Below are positions 18,956 to 29,174 of a stretch of 64,000 bases of DNA, in pieces (the stretch's first letter is position 1; each line of letters begins with the position of its first letter). Position numbers and translations under genes: made by a program. The notes below the pieces were generated by a model that made no database searches, was not told the DNA's origin, and was given only the letters and a program-made list of their open reading frames with translations. Source of the stretch: Candidatus Pacearchaeota archaeon (GTDB taxonomy: Archaea; Nanobdellota; Nanobdellia; Pacearchaeales; GW2011-AR1); contig JBAZJQ010000002.1 of the NCBI GenBank assembly GCA_041651235.1, forward strand, positions 71,615-135,614, written 5' to 3'.

Positions 18956-19948
18956 ATGGATATTGATTTGGGTAGCAAGAAAAGAGAAGATTTCGTTAGA
19001 AATTCTTGGGAAGACTCAAAATTAAAAAATAAAGTTTATGATTTAATTAAAAGAATGTCTAATAAAACTGGGATTTCTATACCTAATCGATATTTGCCAG
19101 AAGTAAAAGTTACTAAACTTAATAGTAATGGTTATGATAATCTAATAAATACAATTTATATTTCTAAAAAAGATTTGAATTCAGGGGTATTGCTTGGAGA
19201 GGAAATTGGGCATTTTCTAAGAAGTGCTGGACTAAGAATTGCAGAAGATACAAAAAAAGGAAGATTAGGAAAATTATTAAGCCAATATAAATTTAAGAAA
19301 GGTTCTAATCTATTGCCTAATGAGAAATTTAATTTTAAAACTAATTATACCGGAGAATTTTTTGGTTATTTAGGGCAAATACTATTAAAAAAAGTTTCAA
19401 ACCCTAAAGATAATTTGGATTTTACTTCAGACTATAAACCTTATGATTTAAAGAAAATTATTCCAACAATAAGAAAAATCAAAGGAGAAACAAGAAAATT
19501 AATTGAAGATTATTATAAGGAAAAATATCCTGAAGGCAAAACTCAACAAGAAACAGAAGAATATATTATGAAATTGTTTAGTCATAGAAATGATATTACT
19601 GCTCATCAAAGACCTTATTATTTTGCTTCTATATTAGATTTGGATAAAATAGATTTAAAAGAATTATATGAACTTGATGATAAAGAGGTTAGATTAAGAT
19701 TTTTTAGAAAAGATGCTAAATATGATTTAAACAAGTCTTCAGAAGGAAAAGTTAAAAGACTATCTTTAGAAGGGAAAGTAATCTCAATTATTGCAATAGG
19801 AATAGGACTTTTATTTTTATCAAATAATCTTACTGGAAATGTAATTTCAAATTTGAATAAGACTAATTCAAATATTCTTGGTGCAGTTTTGTTTATTATT
19901 GGATTAATAGGGTTATTAATTTCAAATAAAAAAGATAACAAAGATTAA
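18956..19948 (+). CDS. hypothetical protein with C-terminal TM helices
   Basis: 330 aa. C-terminal ISIIAIGIGLLFL and ILGAVLFIIGLIGLLI. Confidence 0.45.
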   Translation: MDIDLGSKKREDFVRNSWEDSKLKNKVYDLIKRMSNKTGISIPNRYLPEVKVTKLNSNGYDNLINTIYISKKDLNSGVLLGEEIGHFLRSAGLRIAEDTKKGRLGKLLSQYKFKKGSNLLPNEKFNFKTNYTGEFFGYLGQILLKKVSNPKDNLDFTSDYKPYDLKKIIPTIRKIKGETRKLIEDYYKEKYPEGKTQQETEEYIMKLFSHRNDITAHQRPYYFASILDLDKIDLKELYELDDKEVRLRFFRKDAKYDLNKSSEGKVKRLSLEGKVISIIAIGIGLLFLSNNLTGNVISNLNKTNSNILGAVLFIIGLIGLLISNKKDNKD

Positions 19949-19969
19949 GCTTTGTGAATTATTGATTTA

Positions 19970-20944
19970 TTAGAATGGAAAATAATTATATTTGTAGGTT
20001 TGGGTTATTCTTATAATGTCAAAATCCCTTATTATATCTGAAAATTGCTTTCTTATGTCAGTTAGAATGCTATACAACTCATCTTCATTTTCTGTTTCAA
20101 ATTCAATTTCAACATCCCAGCTGCCTATTAATTTTAAGAATTGAGTTGCTTTTTTATGATGAGAAACATAGTCTTTAATGCTTTTCTCTGCTTTTTCATC
20201 AAAGTTTTTAGTTCTTAAAATTATTTTATAATGATTTATTCCTATCTTATGAAGATTCAAATAACATCTGTATTGAACTATTATGCCTTGATTTGTAAGT
20301 TTTTTTATCCTATAATTTATAATATCTCTTGTAATTTTTAATTTTTCTGCTAAATCAACAATATTAATTCTTGCATTTTCTGCTAGCTCTTTTAGTATTT
20401 TTTCGTCTATTTCATCAAGTTCTATTGATTTAATTGGTTTTGCATAAACAAACTCTTTTGCTTTAGAATCTGTTAGATATCTTCTTGAATATACTGGAGA
20501 GTATTCTGTTAAAAGAACATCTTTTTCTAATATAAATTTAGAGAATTTACCTATAAATTCACTTAATACTTTTCCAAATTCAAAATTTGTTTTAGCTAAT
20601 ATTGAAACAGCTAAATCCCATCTTCCTCTAATCTGGGCCAGCCAAACTGAATTTCTATCCTTTTTCCAATAATCTACAATTTTCTGCTCATCTTCAATAG
20701 ATGCATTTTGAAATTTAAAATAAATTTTATATTGAGAATATCCAAGTTTTGTAATATCTATAACAGTATAATAAGAAAAAATAATATTATTTTTTTGCAG
20801 GCGCTGTATTCTATATTCTACAGCAGGTTTTGAAAGCTGGATTTTTTTAGCTATTTGACTATTGGATAATCTTGAATCTTCATCTAAAAGTGTAAGAATC
20901 TTTTTGTCTTTTAAGTCGAGCTTGATTTTAGTATTTTCTATCAT
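19970..20944 (-). CDS. Lrp/AsnC-family regulator, tandem two-module type
   Basis: LDLKDKKILTLLDEDSRLSNSQIAKKIQLSKPAVEYRIQRLQ and a second module LDEIDEKILKELAENARINIVDLAEKLKITRDIINYRIKKL. Confidence 0.8.
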   Translation of the reverse strand: MIENTKIKLDLKDKKILTLLDEDSRLSNSQIAKKIQLSKPAVEYRIQRLQKNNIIFSYYTVIDITKLGYSQYKIYFKFQNASIEDEQKIVDYWKKDRNSVWLAQIRGRWDLAVSILAKTNFEFGKVLSEFIGKFSKFILEKDVLLTEYSPVYSRRYLTDSKAKEFVYAKPIKSIELDEIDEKILKELAENARINIVDLAEKLKITRDIINYRIKKLTNQGIIVQYRCYLNLHKIGINHYKIILRTKNFDEKAEKSIKDYVSHHKKATQFLKLIGSWDVEIEFETENEDELYSILTDIRKQFSDIIRDFDIIRITQTYKYNYFPF

Positions 20945-21181
20945 ATTTTAACATATGGGTATATAGTTTATAAATCTTACTTAAAAGTAATAAAATAGCA
21001 TAAAAAGTATTAAATATGTGTAATAGTTATTACTAGTAAGTTAAACAAAATAACTTAGGAAATTAAACATAAACAAAACAAACAAAAAATAAAATGGAAA
21101 AACAAAACGAAAAATATGATAATAAAATAATCTTAGTTGAAACTCAATTTAATAAAGATTTGAAAGGAGGTATTAAATAAC

Positions 21182-21736
21182 ATGGTAAATGAACAAGGAA
21201 TAAACCAATATCAAGAAATAGTGGGCAAAGTATTTAGAAGAAATACCGTACCTTATAATGGGAATACTAATCTTTATCTTACCAAAGATTTAGAATCTTT
21301 AAAAAAGACTCCGATAAAAGATATATTTGATGGAGAGGAACCTCATGGTAACAATACTCCTCTAGCAATTGCTTTGTTACATCCCGAGGAATCTTATTTT
21401 ACTCCTTTAATTGTTGTGAAAGATCATTATCTTGATGGTCTTTATCAGAGTCCCTTTATACGAGAGAATATAGTTCATAGTATTTTAGGTTACTCTGCAG
21501 ATTTTATTCAAACTAAGGGTTATCAAGCTGTCAAGGGTATGGGAGATTTTAACCTTGAAAAGGCTGGTTTGTCTGAAAACAAACTTAACAGATTAGAGAA
21601 ATGGGTACACGATGCAGTTCTGATATCTAAAATCTTTCGTAGTAAGGAGTTAAATGAAACTGAAGAAAAATACTGGCAGGAAGGGAGAATTCTGGGAGCA
21701 GGTATTGCAAAATTAGCACTTGCAGGAGCAAAATAA
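21182..21736 (+). CDS. hypothetical protein
   Basis: 184 aa ORF preceded by ggaggt. Confidence 0.45.
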   Translation: MVNEQGINQYQEIVGKVFRRNTVPYNGNTNLYLTKDLESLKKTPIKDIFDGEEPHGNNTPLAIALLHPEESYFTPLIVVKDHYLDGLYQSPFIRENIVHSILGYSADFIQTKGYQAVKGMGDFNLEKAGLSENKLNRLEKWVHDAVLISKIFRSKELNETEEKYWQEGRILGAGIAKLALAGAK

Positions 21737-21765
21737 AATATTAATTTATTTTTTATTTTTTTATT

Positions 21766-22677
21766 TTAAAACAACCCGCTCATAAAGTTCATAATTAGAG
21801 ATCTTGCAATAAAGAATACACTTAAACTTATAATTAAAATAGCAGGAAGATATCTTAACCCCTGCTTTTCTTCTCCTTTGTTTACTAATCCCAAAACTAA
21901 ACAAGCTAAAACATCTATTACAATTATGAATATAACTGAAAAGAATTTAATGAAAGTTATAGAGATATTTATTTTAGATAAAGTAAATGGCAGACTTACT
22001 GTTGTTGAACTTACTTCTGGCAAACCTGAAAAGATATTTGTTAAAATTTCAACTAAAACTGTTGATAAAGAGAATAATGCAGGAGCAAAAAATGAAACAG
22101 CTAAGAAGATAAATATTACATACATTAAAACATTTGAAGAAGCTTTTTTATCTAACATTTCTTTTTCTCTCATATTTGAGGAAGTATCTTCTAATAAAAC
22201 AGCTAAATCTCCTCCTGCTCGAATCCCGGAATTTATTAATAAAATTGTTTTTTCAATTTTGGGTGAGTTTATTCTTTTTGACATATCTATTAAAGCAAGT
22301 TCTATGCTTTTTCCTGTGGTAATATCTTTTCCTGCCTGAAGTATTTCTGCATCTAATGGAGCAAATTCAGGTCTTGAACTTAATAACATCGCTTTATCAA
22401 TTATCATTCCTGCTCTTAAATTACTTGACATTAATTGAAGAAAATCTGGAAAGACAGTCTCAATTTGCCTAATTCTTGCTGTCTCTTTTAATTTTCTTTT
22501 GAAATAAATATAAACTGCAAAGAGAATGATAGTTAAAACTAAACTTATTAAAGAATATAATATGCTTTTGTAAGCTAAGAAGAATATTATGCTCATTATT
22601 AAACCTAATATAATCGCAAATACTGTCAATCTTTTCATTCTTGCTTTTTCTTGTTTTGGTATTGGTTTTCTTTTCAT
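21766..22677 (-). CDS. type II secretion system F-domain membrane protein (TadC/FlaJ-like)
   Basis: 303 aa polytopic protein in an operon with a T2SS-E ATPase and a second F-domain protein. Confidence 0.7.
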   Translation of the reverse strand: MKRKPIPKQEKARMKRLTVFAIILGLIMSIIFFLAYKSILYSLISLVLTIILFAVYIYFKRKLKETARIRQIETVFPDFLQLMSSNLRAGMIIDKAMLLSSRPEFAPLDAEILQAGKDITTGKSIELALIDMSKRINSPKIEKTILLINSGIRAGGDLAVLLEDTSSNMREKEMLDKKASSNVLMYVIFIFLAVSFFAPALFSLSTVLVEILTNIFSGLPEVSSTTVSLPFTLSKINISITFIKFFSVIFIIVIDVLACLVLGLVNKGEEKQGLRYLPAILIISLSVFFIARSLIMNFMSGLF

Positions 22678-23555
22678 AGTAAACTTGGTTTTCTTGATTT
22701 AATTAACCCTAAAAACATTATTTGAGCAAATACATCAAAAACAAATAATCCTATAAATAACAAAATAATCATTGTAGTTGATAACCCCACCATGGAGGAA
22801 ATTATTGTTAAGAAAGTAACTGATAGAGCCGGGATAATCACAGAGATTAACATATAAAGAACAACCAAGGGATTTAGCTTGCTTCCATAAGCTTGGATTT
22901 GTATTAATTGTTCTTCATTTAATGCCTTAATACTATCTCGAATAATAATAGCTATATCGCTTCCTGCTTTCATTCCATTGCTAATCTGCCATAGAGTTCT
23001 TCTGAAGAAAACAGAAGGATTACTTTTACCTAGTGAATCAAATACTTCTGCTTCTGGTTCTCCTGCATTAATTCTCTTTACTGCTTTCTTAAATTCCAGG
23101 CTTAAACTTCCATAATCCGCATCAGCGATATTAGAAATTATATTAAAAAGAGGAACTCCTGAATTTAACTGAACCAGGATATCCTCTAGTCCCGGAATTA
23201 AATTTTTTTCAATATCCCTTTGTTTTCTTGAAACATAGATTCTTGGGTAAACTCTCTGGCTAAAGAATATAAAAATTGAGAATAAAAATGCTAATAAGAA
23301 TCCAAATAATACAGCAAAAACAATTTTTAGCAATAATAATATTGTAGTTGAAATTACAAAGAAAAATCCAAAAAAAACAACTGCACTTCTCATGCAGATT
23401 CCAAGATATTCTTCTCTTGTTAAATTAATGTCTGAATTTTTTAAATCGTGTCCAAGTTTAGATTCTTTTTTATATTTAAATTTAGAAGAGAAATATCTAG
23501 ATTTACTCTTTAATTTTTCTATTTTTGAGAAAGTAAATGGAATTTTGAATTTCAT
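22674..23555 (-). CDS. type II secretion system F-domain membrane protein (TadB/FlaJ-like)
   Basis: 293 aa polytopic protein. Its start and stop overlap the neighbouring genes. Confidence 0.7.
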   Translation of the reverse strand: MKFKIPFTFSKIEKLKSKSRYFSSKFKYKKESKLGHDLKNSDINLTREEYLGICMRSAVVFFGFFFVISTTILLLLKIVFAVLFGFLLAFLFSIFIFFSQRVYPRIYVSRKQRDIEKNLIPGLEDILVQLNSGVPLFNIISNIADADYGSLSLEFKKAVKRINAGEPEAEVFDSLGKSNPSVFFRRTLWQISNGMKAGSDIAIIIRDSIKALNEEQLIQIQAYGSKLNPLVVLYMLISVIIPALSVTFLTIISSMVGLSTTMIILLFIGLFVFDVFAQIMFLGLIKSRKPSLL

Positions 23556-25168
23556 CTGCCAAGTATTTTTTTGATATCATTTCTAGCAATATCTTTTAGT
23601 AATTGTTCTCTGTCTAAATAATAAAGATTCATAACTTTTCCAAAATCCATTAAATCCCTTATTTTATTTTTAATAAGCCAGGAAAGAATTTTCTTTTTAT
23701 TTTCTAAGTTTTCATTTAATTCTCTTTCGGACATCCCAGTATTTCTTGAAATATCTTCAAAAAATCTTGCACTTTGACTATGTTTTATTATCTTGTCTTC
23801 TTCAGGAATCCATCTATAAATAATATTTGCTCTTGCACTCTTATCTCCTGCCTCAAATTCTGCAACTTGAAAAATTCTTCTTATACCTCTTCTTCTATCT
23901 CTAAACATTACAACATTAAGGTTTACTGCTTTCAATAAATTTGCGGGAATATCCAAAGGGGGATTAGTTAATCTTGAAATTGTTTCTGCTGCTGAATCTG
24001 CATGAAGAGTTGCATAAACACTGTGTCCTGTATGCATTGCTTCAAATAAAACCATTGCCTCTTCTTTTCTCCTCATTTCACCTAGAATGATTCTATCGGG
24101 CCTCATTCTAAGGCTATTAACTAATAAATCTAGCATAGAAACTCCTCCTTTTCCTTCTGGATTAGCTGTTCTAACAACTAAAGGAGTCCAATATAAAAAA
24201 TCAGGGAGCATTAGCTCTCTTGTATCTTCAACACTAATTATTCTATGGTTTGGAGGAATAAATGCAAGGCAGGCATTTAAAAAAGAAGTTTTTCCAGAAG
24301 CGGTTCCTCCTGAAATTAAAATATTCATTTCATATTCTATTGCAAGCCAAATTAAACAGGAAGTATCTAAATCACATGTTCGATTATTTATAAAATCAAC
24401 GATTGTATAAGGATCTCTTGCGAATTTTCTAATTGTTATTGTATTTCCTTTTGTGCTTATTGGATATAAAATAGAATTAACTCTGTCTCCTGAAACTAAA
24501 TGAGCATCTAATAATGGACTTAAGACAGTTATCTGCCTTCCAACTCTTCTTGCAATAATATTTGAATAGTTATTTATCTCATCTTCTCTTGCAATCTTTA
24601 AATTAGTAATCAACCACCCATATTTTTTATGATAAACCCGAATTGGTTCTTTTGCAGAAGGAATTACAATCTCTTCTAAATTCATATCATTAACTAAGAA
24701 CTCTATTTCACCTAAACCAAGCATATCCTGCATTAATTTGCTTATTAAAAATTCCTTAGTATGCTCATCTATTGTAGGAAGTTTAGATCTCAATAAAGTA
24801 GTTGCTTCTGCCATAAACCTTTTTTTAATATTATTAAATGCATTAGGGTCTATTATCTCGCTCATTCCTATTGTTGTAACTGTTACTAATTCGGTCCTTA
24901 TATCATCGAGTAAAGTTGCTGTAGCAGTAGATACTTCTGGGACATAAAGATTGTAGGTATATCCTAATTCTCCTTTTTTTATTTCAACTCTTACTTTGGA
25001 CTTATCGATTTCTATTTCATAAGAATCCTGGTTTTTTGCATTAGAAGTTTCAAAAGGATGTTTAATATTTGTTTTTATTTCTGATTTAATTACTTCATCT
25101 GGTTTCTTCTTTGGAAAGAATTTCTTTTTAAAAAATAATTTATTGTGTTTTTTATGTTTCATTATCAC
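23552..25168 (-). CDS. type II/IV secretion ATPase (FlaI/TadA/VirB11 family), pilus assembly ATPase
   Basis: Walker A ISGGTASGKTS, plus VEDTRELML, RMRPDRIILGEMR and TGHSVYATLHA blocks. Confidence 0.85.
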   Translation of the reverse strand: MIMKHKKHNKLFFKKKFFPKKKPDEVIKSEIKTNIKHPFETSNAKNQDSYEIEIDKSKVRVEIKKGELGYTYNLYVPEVSTATATLLDDIRTELVTVTTIGMSEIIDPNAFNNIKKRFMAEATTLLRSKLPTIDEHTKEFLISKLMQDMLGLGEIEFLVNDMNLEEIVIPSAKEPIRVYHKKYGWLITNLKIAREDEINNYSNIIARRVGRQITVLSPLLDAHLVSGDRVNSILYPISTKGNTITIRKFARDPYTIVDFINNRTCDLDTSCLIWLAIEYEMNILISGGTASGKTSFLNACLAFIPPNHRIISVEDTRELMLPDFLYWTPLVVRTANPEGKGGVSMLDLLVNSLRMRPDRIILGEMRRKEEAMVLFEAMHTGHSVYATLHADSAAETISRLTNPPLDIPANLLKAVNLNVVMFRDRRRGIRRIFQVAEFEAGDKSARANIIYRWIPEEDKIIKHSQSARFFEDISRNTGMSERELNENLENKKKILSWLIKNKIRDLMDFGKVMNLYYLDREQLLKDIARNDIKKILGR

Positions 25169-25178
25169 CTTTTTTGTT

Positions 25179-25901
25179 TTAGTTTAGTTTTGCTTGTTTT
25201 TCTCTTATTTTTTTTAATTTAGCATTCATTTTTTCTATTTTCTTTTTTGCTTTAATTATGTGCCTTGGTTCTTTTACTGGTTTATTAACTATTATTCTTT
25301 TTTTGTCTTCTAATTTTTGTATTATTTCCTTTTCCTTAGACGATGAAATTTCGCTCTTCTTTTCATCTTTTTTTATTTCTTTGCTTGCTAGTTGCTGTTT
25401 ATTTTCTTTTTCTATAATTTTTATTACGGGTTCCCCAAATCCGGGATAATCAATTATTGCTAAAGAACCAGATTCTAAGATTTTACCCCATTCAAGTGCA
25501 ATTTCGGGGTCTACATTAAATGCTTTTGCGATTGTTGAAACTCTTAGTTTCTTTTTATCTTTAAGTACTTCATAAAGGGTATCTAAATCCGTTTTATTTG
25601 CTCCTGATTTTCTCTTGAGATTTAAACTTAAAACTTCTTTATCTTGATTTTTTAATCGATTATCTTTAAATGCAACAGAAAGTAATAAAAGAATTAAAAT
25701 TGTCCATTGAACTATTAAAAACATCTTAGAGATATAGGGTAGTCCAGAATATGCGTTATAAACAGTTGATTTAACTGAAAATCCTGTAAACCCGCCTTTT
25801 ATATCCCCATATTTGTATACATAAGATACTAAATTTAATAAGAAAATCAAAGATATTACAAAGAATACTCTAAAAAACAATATTTTCTCCTCTTTTGCCA
25901 T
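25179..25901 (-). CDS. membrane protein, first gene of the pilus assembly operon
   Basis: Two or three N-terminal TM helices, a possible small helical domain (VSTIAKAFNVDPEIALEWGKIL) and a Lys-rich tail. Confidence 0.45.
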   Translation of the reverse strand: MAKEEKILFFRVFFVISLIFLLNLVSYVYKYGDIKGGFTGFSVKSTVYNAYSGLPYISKMFLIVQWTILILLLLSVAFKDNRLKNQDKEVLSLNLKRKSGANKTDLDTLYEVLKDKKKLRVSTIAKAFNVDPEIALEWGKILESGSLAIIDYPGFGEPVIKIIEKENKQQLASKEIKKDEKKSEISSSKEKEIIQKLEDKKRIIVNKPVKEPRHIIKAKKKIEKMNAKLKKIREKQAKLN

Positions 25902-26071
25902 TTTATATATAATATATGACTCTAAATAATTTTATAAATGTATTGATAACTGAATATGGGAATATAAAACTTAAAACAACAAGAAATCTGTTCATTAAAA
26001 TTTTAATTATATCTTAGATTTTAGAGTCTATCTGACTTTGTTTTTTAGTGCAGTATTATTGTTATCTAACC

Positions 26072-27100
26072 CTATAAGTCCGGGTTATATATTAACTTTG
26101 CTGTTTTTATTATATCTCTTCTTAATTTAAAACTATTTGCCCATTTTGCATAAGCATTCCATCCTTGAAAACTCTCAATTAATTTTTCTTTAGAAATCTC
26201 ATTTCTTTTAAATTCATCAATTTTATTAATAAAATTCTTTATGTTTCTCTTTCTTAACAACCTAAAATAATAAAAATTTCTAAAACCCACAAAATCAATT
26301 CCTCTTGAAAGTCCAATTATCCTTGATTTATCTGGATGAAGTTCAATTTTTAATTTTTCTTTTAAAAATTCATCAATTTCTTTTTTCCAAATTTCTAGCT
26401 GTTCTTTTGATTTATGCAAAATCACAAAGTCATCTACATACCTAATATAATATTTTGCTTTTAATTTAGGTTTTATAAAATAATCTAATTCATTTAAGTA
26501 AACATTAGCAAAAAATTGTGAAGTCAAATTACCAAGGGGCATTCCAACTCCTTCTTCAACTTTCCTGTTAATTAAAATTTTTCTAATTAAATTCATTAAT
26601 TTTTCATCTTCTATTTTTCTTTGAAGAATAGAAATTAAAACTTCATGATTAACCTCTTGAAAATAATGTTTTATATCTGCTTTTAAACAATAAACTTTTT
26701 TTGTTCCATTAAATGAGACTTTTCTCTTGAATAAATCTAATCTTTTTAATGCAAATAAAGTTCCTTTTCCTATTCTATTTGCACAGGAATCATGGATAAA
26801 TATCTTTTCAAAAATAGGCTCAATTATATTTATAATTGAATGATGAACTATTCGGTCTCTAAATATTGACTTCGAGATTTTTCTGGTTTTTGGGTCTCGC
26901 AAAATAAATGTTTTCAAGGGTTTAGGGAAATAAGTTTTATTTTTTAATTCTTCATGTAATTTCAAAATATTCTCTCTAAAATTTTTCTCAAATTTAATAA
27001 CATAATCTTTTTTTGTCTTGCCTTTACGGGCTTTTCTCCATGCAAGAATTAAATCTTTCTTATTATAGATTTCAGAATAAAGATTTTTATAAGTTTTCAT
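26072..27100 (-). CDS. DGR-type reverse transcriptase
   Basis: 342 aa with RT motifs including YVDD and the DGR-typical motif-4 signature PLGNLTSQFFANVYL ([I/L]GxxxSQ). No maturase or endonuclease extension. The TR starts 24 nt upstream of its ATG. Confidence 0.85.
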   Translation of the reverse strand: MKTYKNLYSEIYNKKDLILAWRKARKGKTKKDYVIKFEKNFRENILKLHEELKNKTYFPKPLKTFILRDPKTRKISKSIFRDRIVHHSIINIIEPIFEKIFIHDSCANRIGKGTLFALKRLDLFKRKVSFNGTKKVYCLKADIKHYFQEVNHEVLISILQRKIEDEKLMNLIRKILINRKVEEGVGMPLGNLTSQFFANVYLNELDYFIKPKLKAKYYIRYVDDFVILHKSKEQLEIWKKEIDEFLKEKLKIELHPDKSRIIGLSRGIDFVGFRNFYYFRLLRKRNIKNFINKIDEFKRNEISKEKLIESFQGWNAYAKWANSFKLRRDIIKTAKLIYNPDL

Positions 27101-27124
27101 AATAATAAAGTCCTGAAGCCAAAC

Positions 27125-27209
27125 TATTCCAAGCGAGGCATTAGCATTCTCAGGATTCCTGTTGCAATTCAGGTTAACCCTGTCAGAGTTAGCATTGAAC
27201 CTCGCGACT
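27125..27209 (-). repeat. DGR template repeat (TR), 85 bp, non-coding
   Basis: Aligns without gaps to five ORF 3' ends. Read in the target frame it gives VARFNANSDRVNLNCNRNPENANASLGI, with eight AAY Asn codons. It has 25 A on the minus strand, and 23 of them are substituted in at least one VR. Confidence 0.85.
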
Positions 27210-27451
27210 TTGTTAGCAATTTCATCACTGCATCACTGCAATTATAATTTTCATCAAATAAAAGTAAAAAGCTTCAATCTTCATTTTACTGATTTTAATT
27301 GCGGTATTTCATGGCTTAAATCAAATAAAAATGCTCTAATGAAATTACATGTAGTCTGAATATTCAGAGTAAAACTCCAAAATCTTCAGGACAAGATAAA
27401 AAATAAATAAGATTATATAAATTCTTTCTCATATCAAATTCTTAAATTTTT

Positions 27452-28288
27452 TTACTTAGCGCCTTCGGCGCAACCACGTACCCCAAGCGAGGCAAGAGCA
27501 CCCCCAGGACTCCTGCCGCAACCCAGGTCCACCCAGCCAGAGTTAGCATCCAACCCCGCGACTCTTTCATCTATTTCATTGGGCTTTGAATCTACTCTCC
27601 AGATATATGGATTAGTTTGATTAATCCAATTATAAATAGAATTAATTTGATCAATATCCCCATCTCCTAAAAGTGCATTTAATGCTGGACTATCTCTTGA
27701 TTTAATAAACCTGTCTGGACCAATTATTTTTTCTTCTAATTCATATTGTTCATTTGTTTTGTAATTATGAATAATTTTATCTTTTCCTCTTGGCTGATAA
27801 GCTATTCTTGTTAAAGTTATAGGCCATTTATCTCTCATTGAGCTTTGTATAAACTTTCTTGCTTCTTCTGATTCTGGATTGTCTTTTTGTTCAAATAATG
27901 CTGTAAAAACAGCATGATAAAGAGGCATATCTGCAGTATAAAATTCTCCTTTTGGCTGTGCTATATTTCTGTAGTATACCCAGTAATCCTGAGTTTGTGC
28001 CTGCCCATTTTCAAGCAAAGTTTTAGCTAAATCAAAAGTATGAATTCCATTTCTATAGCTTACATTTGGAATTGTCCAGTAATCTCCTGCATTAATTATT
28101 GATTGATTTGGGTTTGTATTAGCAGGAATAACAACTTCTTGCTTGGGAAGATTATTAGTTTTAGCTTTATTTCCTTTATCTCTTCTGCTTTCTTCTTCTG
28201 CTTCTCTGTTTATTCTTGCAATTAAATCCTTGTCATAATGAATTCTCTTCCAATCTCCTCTGTCTCCTATTTGATTTAAGATTGTCAT
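27452..28288 (-). CDS. DGR variable (target) protein A
   Basis: 278 aa paralog with the shared N-terminus MTILNQIGDRGDWKRIHYDKDLIARINREAEE. VR1 is at the C-terminus (VAGLDANSGWVDLGCGRSPGGALASLGV). No signal peptide or TM segment. Confidence 0.85.
   Translation of the reverse strand: MTILNQIGDRGDWKRIHYDKDLIARINREAEEESRRDKGNKAKTNNLPKQEVVIPANTNPNQSIINAGDYWTIPNVSYRNGIHTFDLAKTLLENGQAQTQDYWVYYRNIAQPKGEFYTADMPLYHAVFTALFEQKDNPESEEARKFIQSSMRDKWPITLTRIAYQPRGKDKIIHNYKTNEQYELEEKIIGPDRFIKSRDSPALNALLGDGDIDQINSIYNWINQTNPYIWRVDSKPNEIDERVAGLDANSGWVDLGCGRSPGGALASLGVRGCAEGAK
27459..27471 (-). promoter_or_regulatory. GC hairpin 3' of VR1
   Basis: gcgcc-ttc-ggcgc, 7 nt from the VR1 boundary. Confidence 0.55.
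27479..27563 (-). repeat. DGR variable repeat VR1
   Basis: 19 mismatches to the TR in 85 bp, 17 of them at TR adenines (hand alignment). Confidence 0.85.
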
Positions 28289-29163
28289 TTTATTCCTCCT
28301 GAATTTTTTGTTTCAGCGCCCTTCGGGCGCACGACTAAACGTACCCCAAGAGAGGCATCAGCATACTCTGGACCCCAGTAGCAATACAGGTTAACCCCGC
28401 CAGAGCTAGCATCGAACCTCGCGACTCTTTCATCTACATTTTTAGGTTTTTCATTTAATCTCCAGAGATATGCATTAGTTTGATTAATCCATTGATAAAC
28501 CGAATTTATTTTATTAATATCTCCATTTCCTAAAAGAGATTTTAATGCCAAGCAATCTCCTGATTCAATGAGTCTATCTGGACCAATTATTTTTTCTTCT
28601 AATTCATATTGTTCATTTGTTTTGTAATTATGAATAATTTTATCTTTTCCTCTTGGCTGATAAGCTATTCTTGTTAAAGTTATAGGACATTTTTGTCTCA
28701 TTGAGTTTTGTATAAATTGCCTTGCTTCTTCAGCAATTTGTTTAAATTGAGGATTGTCTTTTTGTTCAAATAATGCTGTAAAAACAGCATGATAAAGAGG
28801 CATATCTCCTGTATAAAATTCTGCTTTTGGCTGTGCTATCTTTCTGTATTCTGCCCATTGCTCTTGTGTTTTTGCCTGCCCATTTTCAAGCAAAGTTTTA
28901 GATAAATCAAAAGTATGAATTCCATTTCTATAGCTTACATTTGGAATTGTCCAGTAATCTCCTGCATTAATTATTGATTGATTTGGGTTTGCATTTTCAG
29001 GAATAGTTGCTTCTTGCTTGGGAAGATTATTAGTTTTAGCTTTATTTCCTTTATCTCTTCTGCTTTCTTCTTCTGCTTCTCTGTTTATTCTTGCAATTAA
29101 ATCCTTGTCATAATGAATTCTCTTCCAATCTCCTCTGTCTCCTATTTGATTTAAGATTGTCAT
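28285..29163 (-). CDS. DGR variable (target) protein B
   Basis: 292 aa paralog. Its start overlaps... correction: its stop overlaps the start of protein A (ATGA-type junction). VR2 is near the C-terminus and is followed by the tail GVRLVVRPKGAETKNSGGIK. Confidence 0.85.
   Translation of the reverse strand: MTILNQIGDRGDWKRIHYDKDLIARINREAEEESRRDKGNKAKTNNLPKQEATIPENANPNQSIINAGDYWTIPNVSYRNGIHTFDLSKTLLENGQAKTQEQWAEYRKIAQPKAEFYTGDMPLYHAVFTALFEQKDNPQFKQIAEEARQFIQNSMRQKCPITLTRIAYQPRGKDKIIHNYKTNEQYELEEKIIGPDRLIESGDCLALKSLLGNGDINKINSVYQWINQTNAYLWRLNEKPKNVDERVARFDASSGGVNLYCYWGPEYADASLGVRLVVRPKGAETKNSGGIK
28316..28330 (-). promoter_or_regulatory. GC hairpin 3' of VR2
   Basis: gcgccc-ttc-gggcgc. Confidence 0.55.
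28343..28427 (-). repeat. DGR variable repeat VR2
   Basis: 15 mismatches to the TR, 13 of them at TR adenines. Confidence 0.85.
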
Positions 29164-29174
29164 TTTATTTTGGT

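Noticed and set aside
25179-25901. The 240-aa ORF downstream of the RT as a DGR accessory protein
   Set aside because: It has N-terminal TM helices and is contiguous (10-nt gap) with the pilus ATPase operon, so it more likely belongs to that operon. It has no Avd-like features.
25917-26026. 9-bp inverted repeat gactctaaa ... tttagagtc flanking ~95 nt downstream of the RT
   Set aside because: It is a short, AT-rich, single occurrence and could easily arise by chance in this composition. There is no supporting conservation.
26072-27100. RT as a group II intron, retron or abortive-infection RT
   Set aside because: It has no maturase (X) or endonuclease domain and no recognisable intron RNA domains flanking it. 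The RT has the DGR-type [I/L]GxxxSQ motif and is physically linked to a TR/VR system with A-specific mismatches. Phylogenetic confirmation is still needed.
27162-27359. Plus-strand 65-aa ORF overlapping the TR, considered as a possible Avd/accessory gene
   Set aside because: It lies on the strand opposite to the RT, the TR orientation and all targets. Its N-terminal part is simply the antisense reading of the TR, and it has no helical-bundle character. Most likely spurious.
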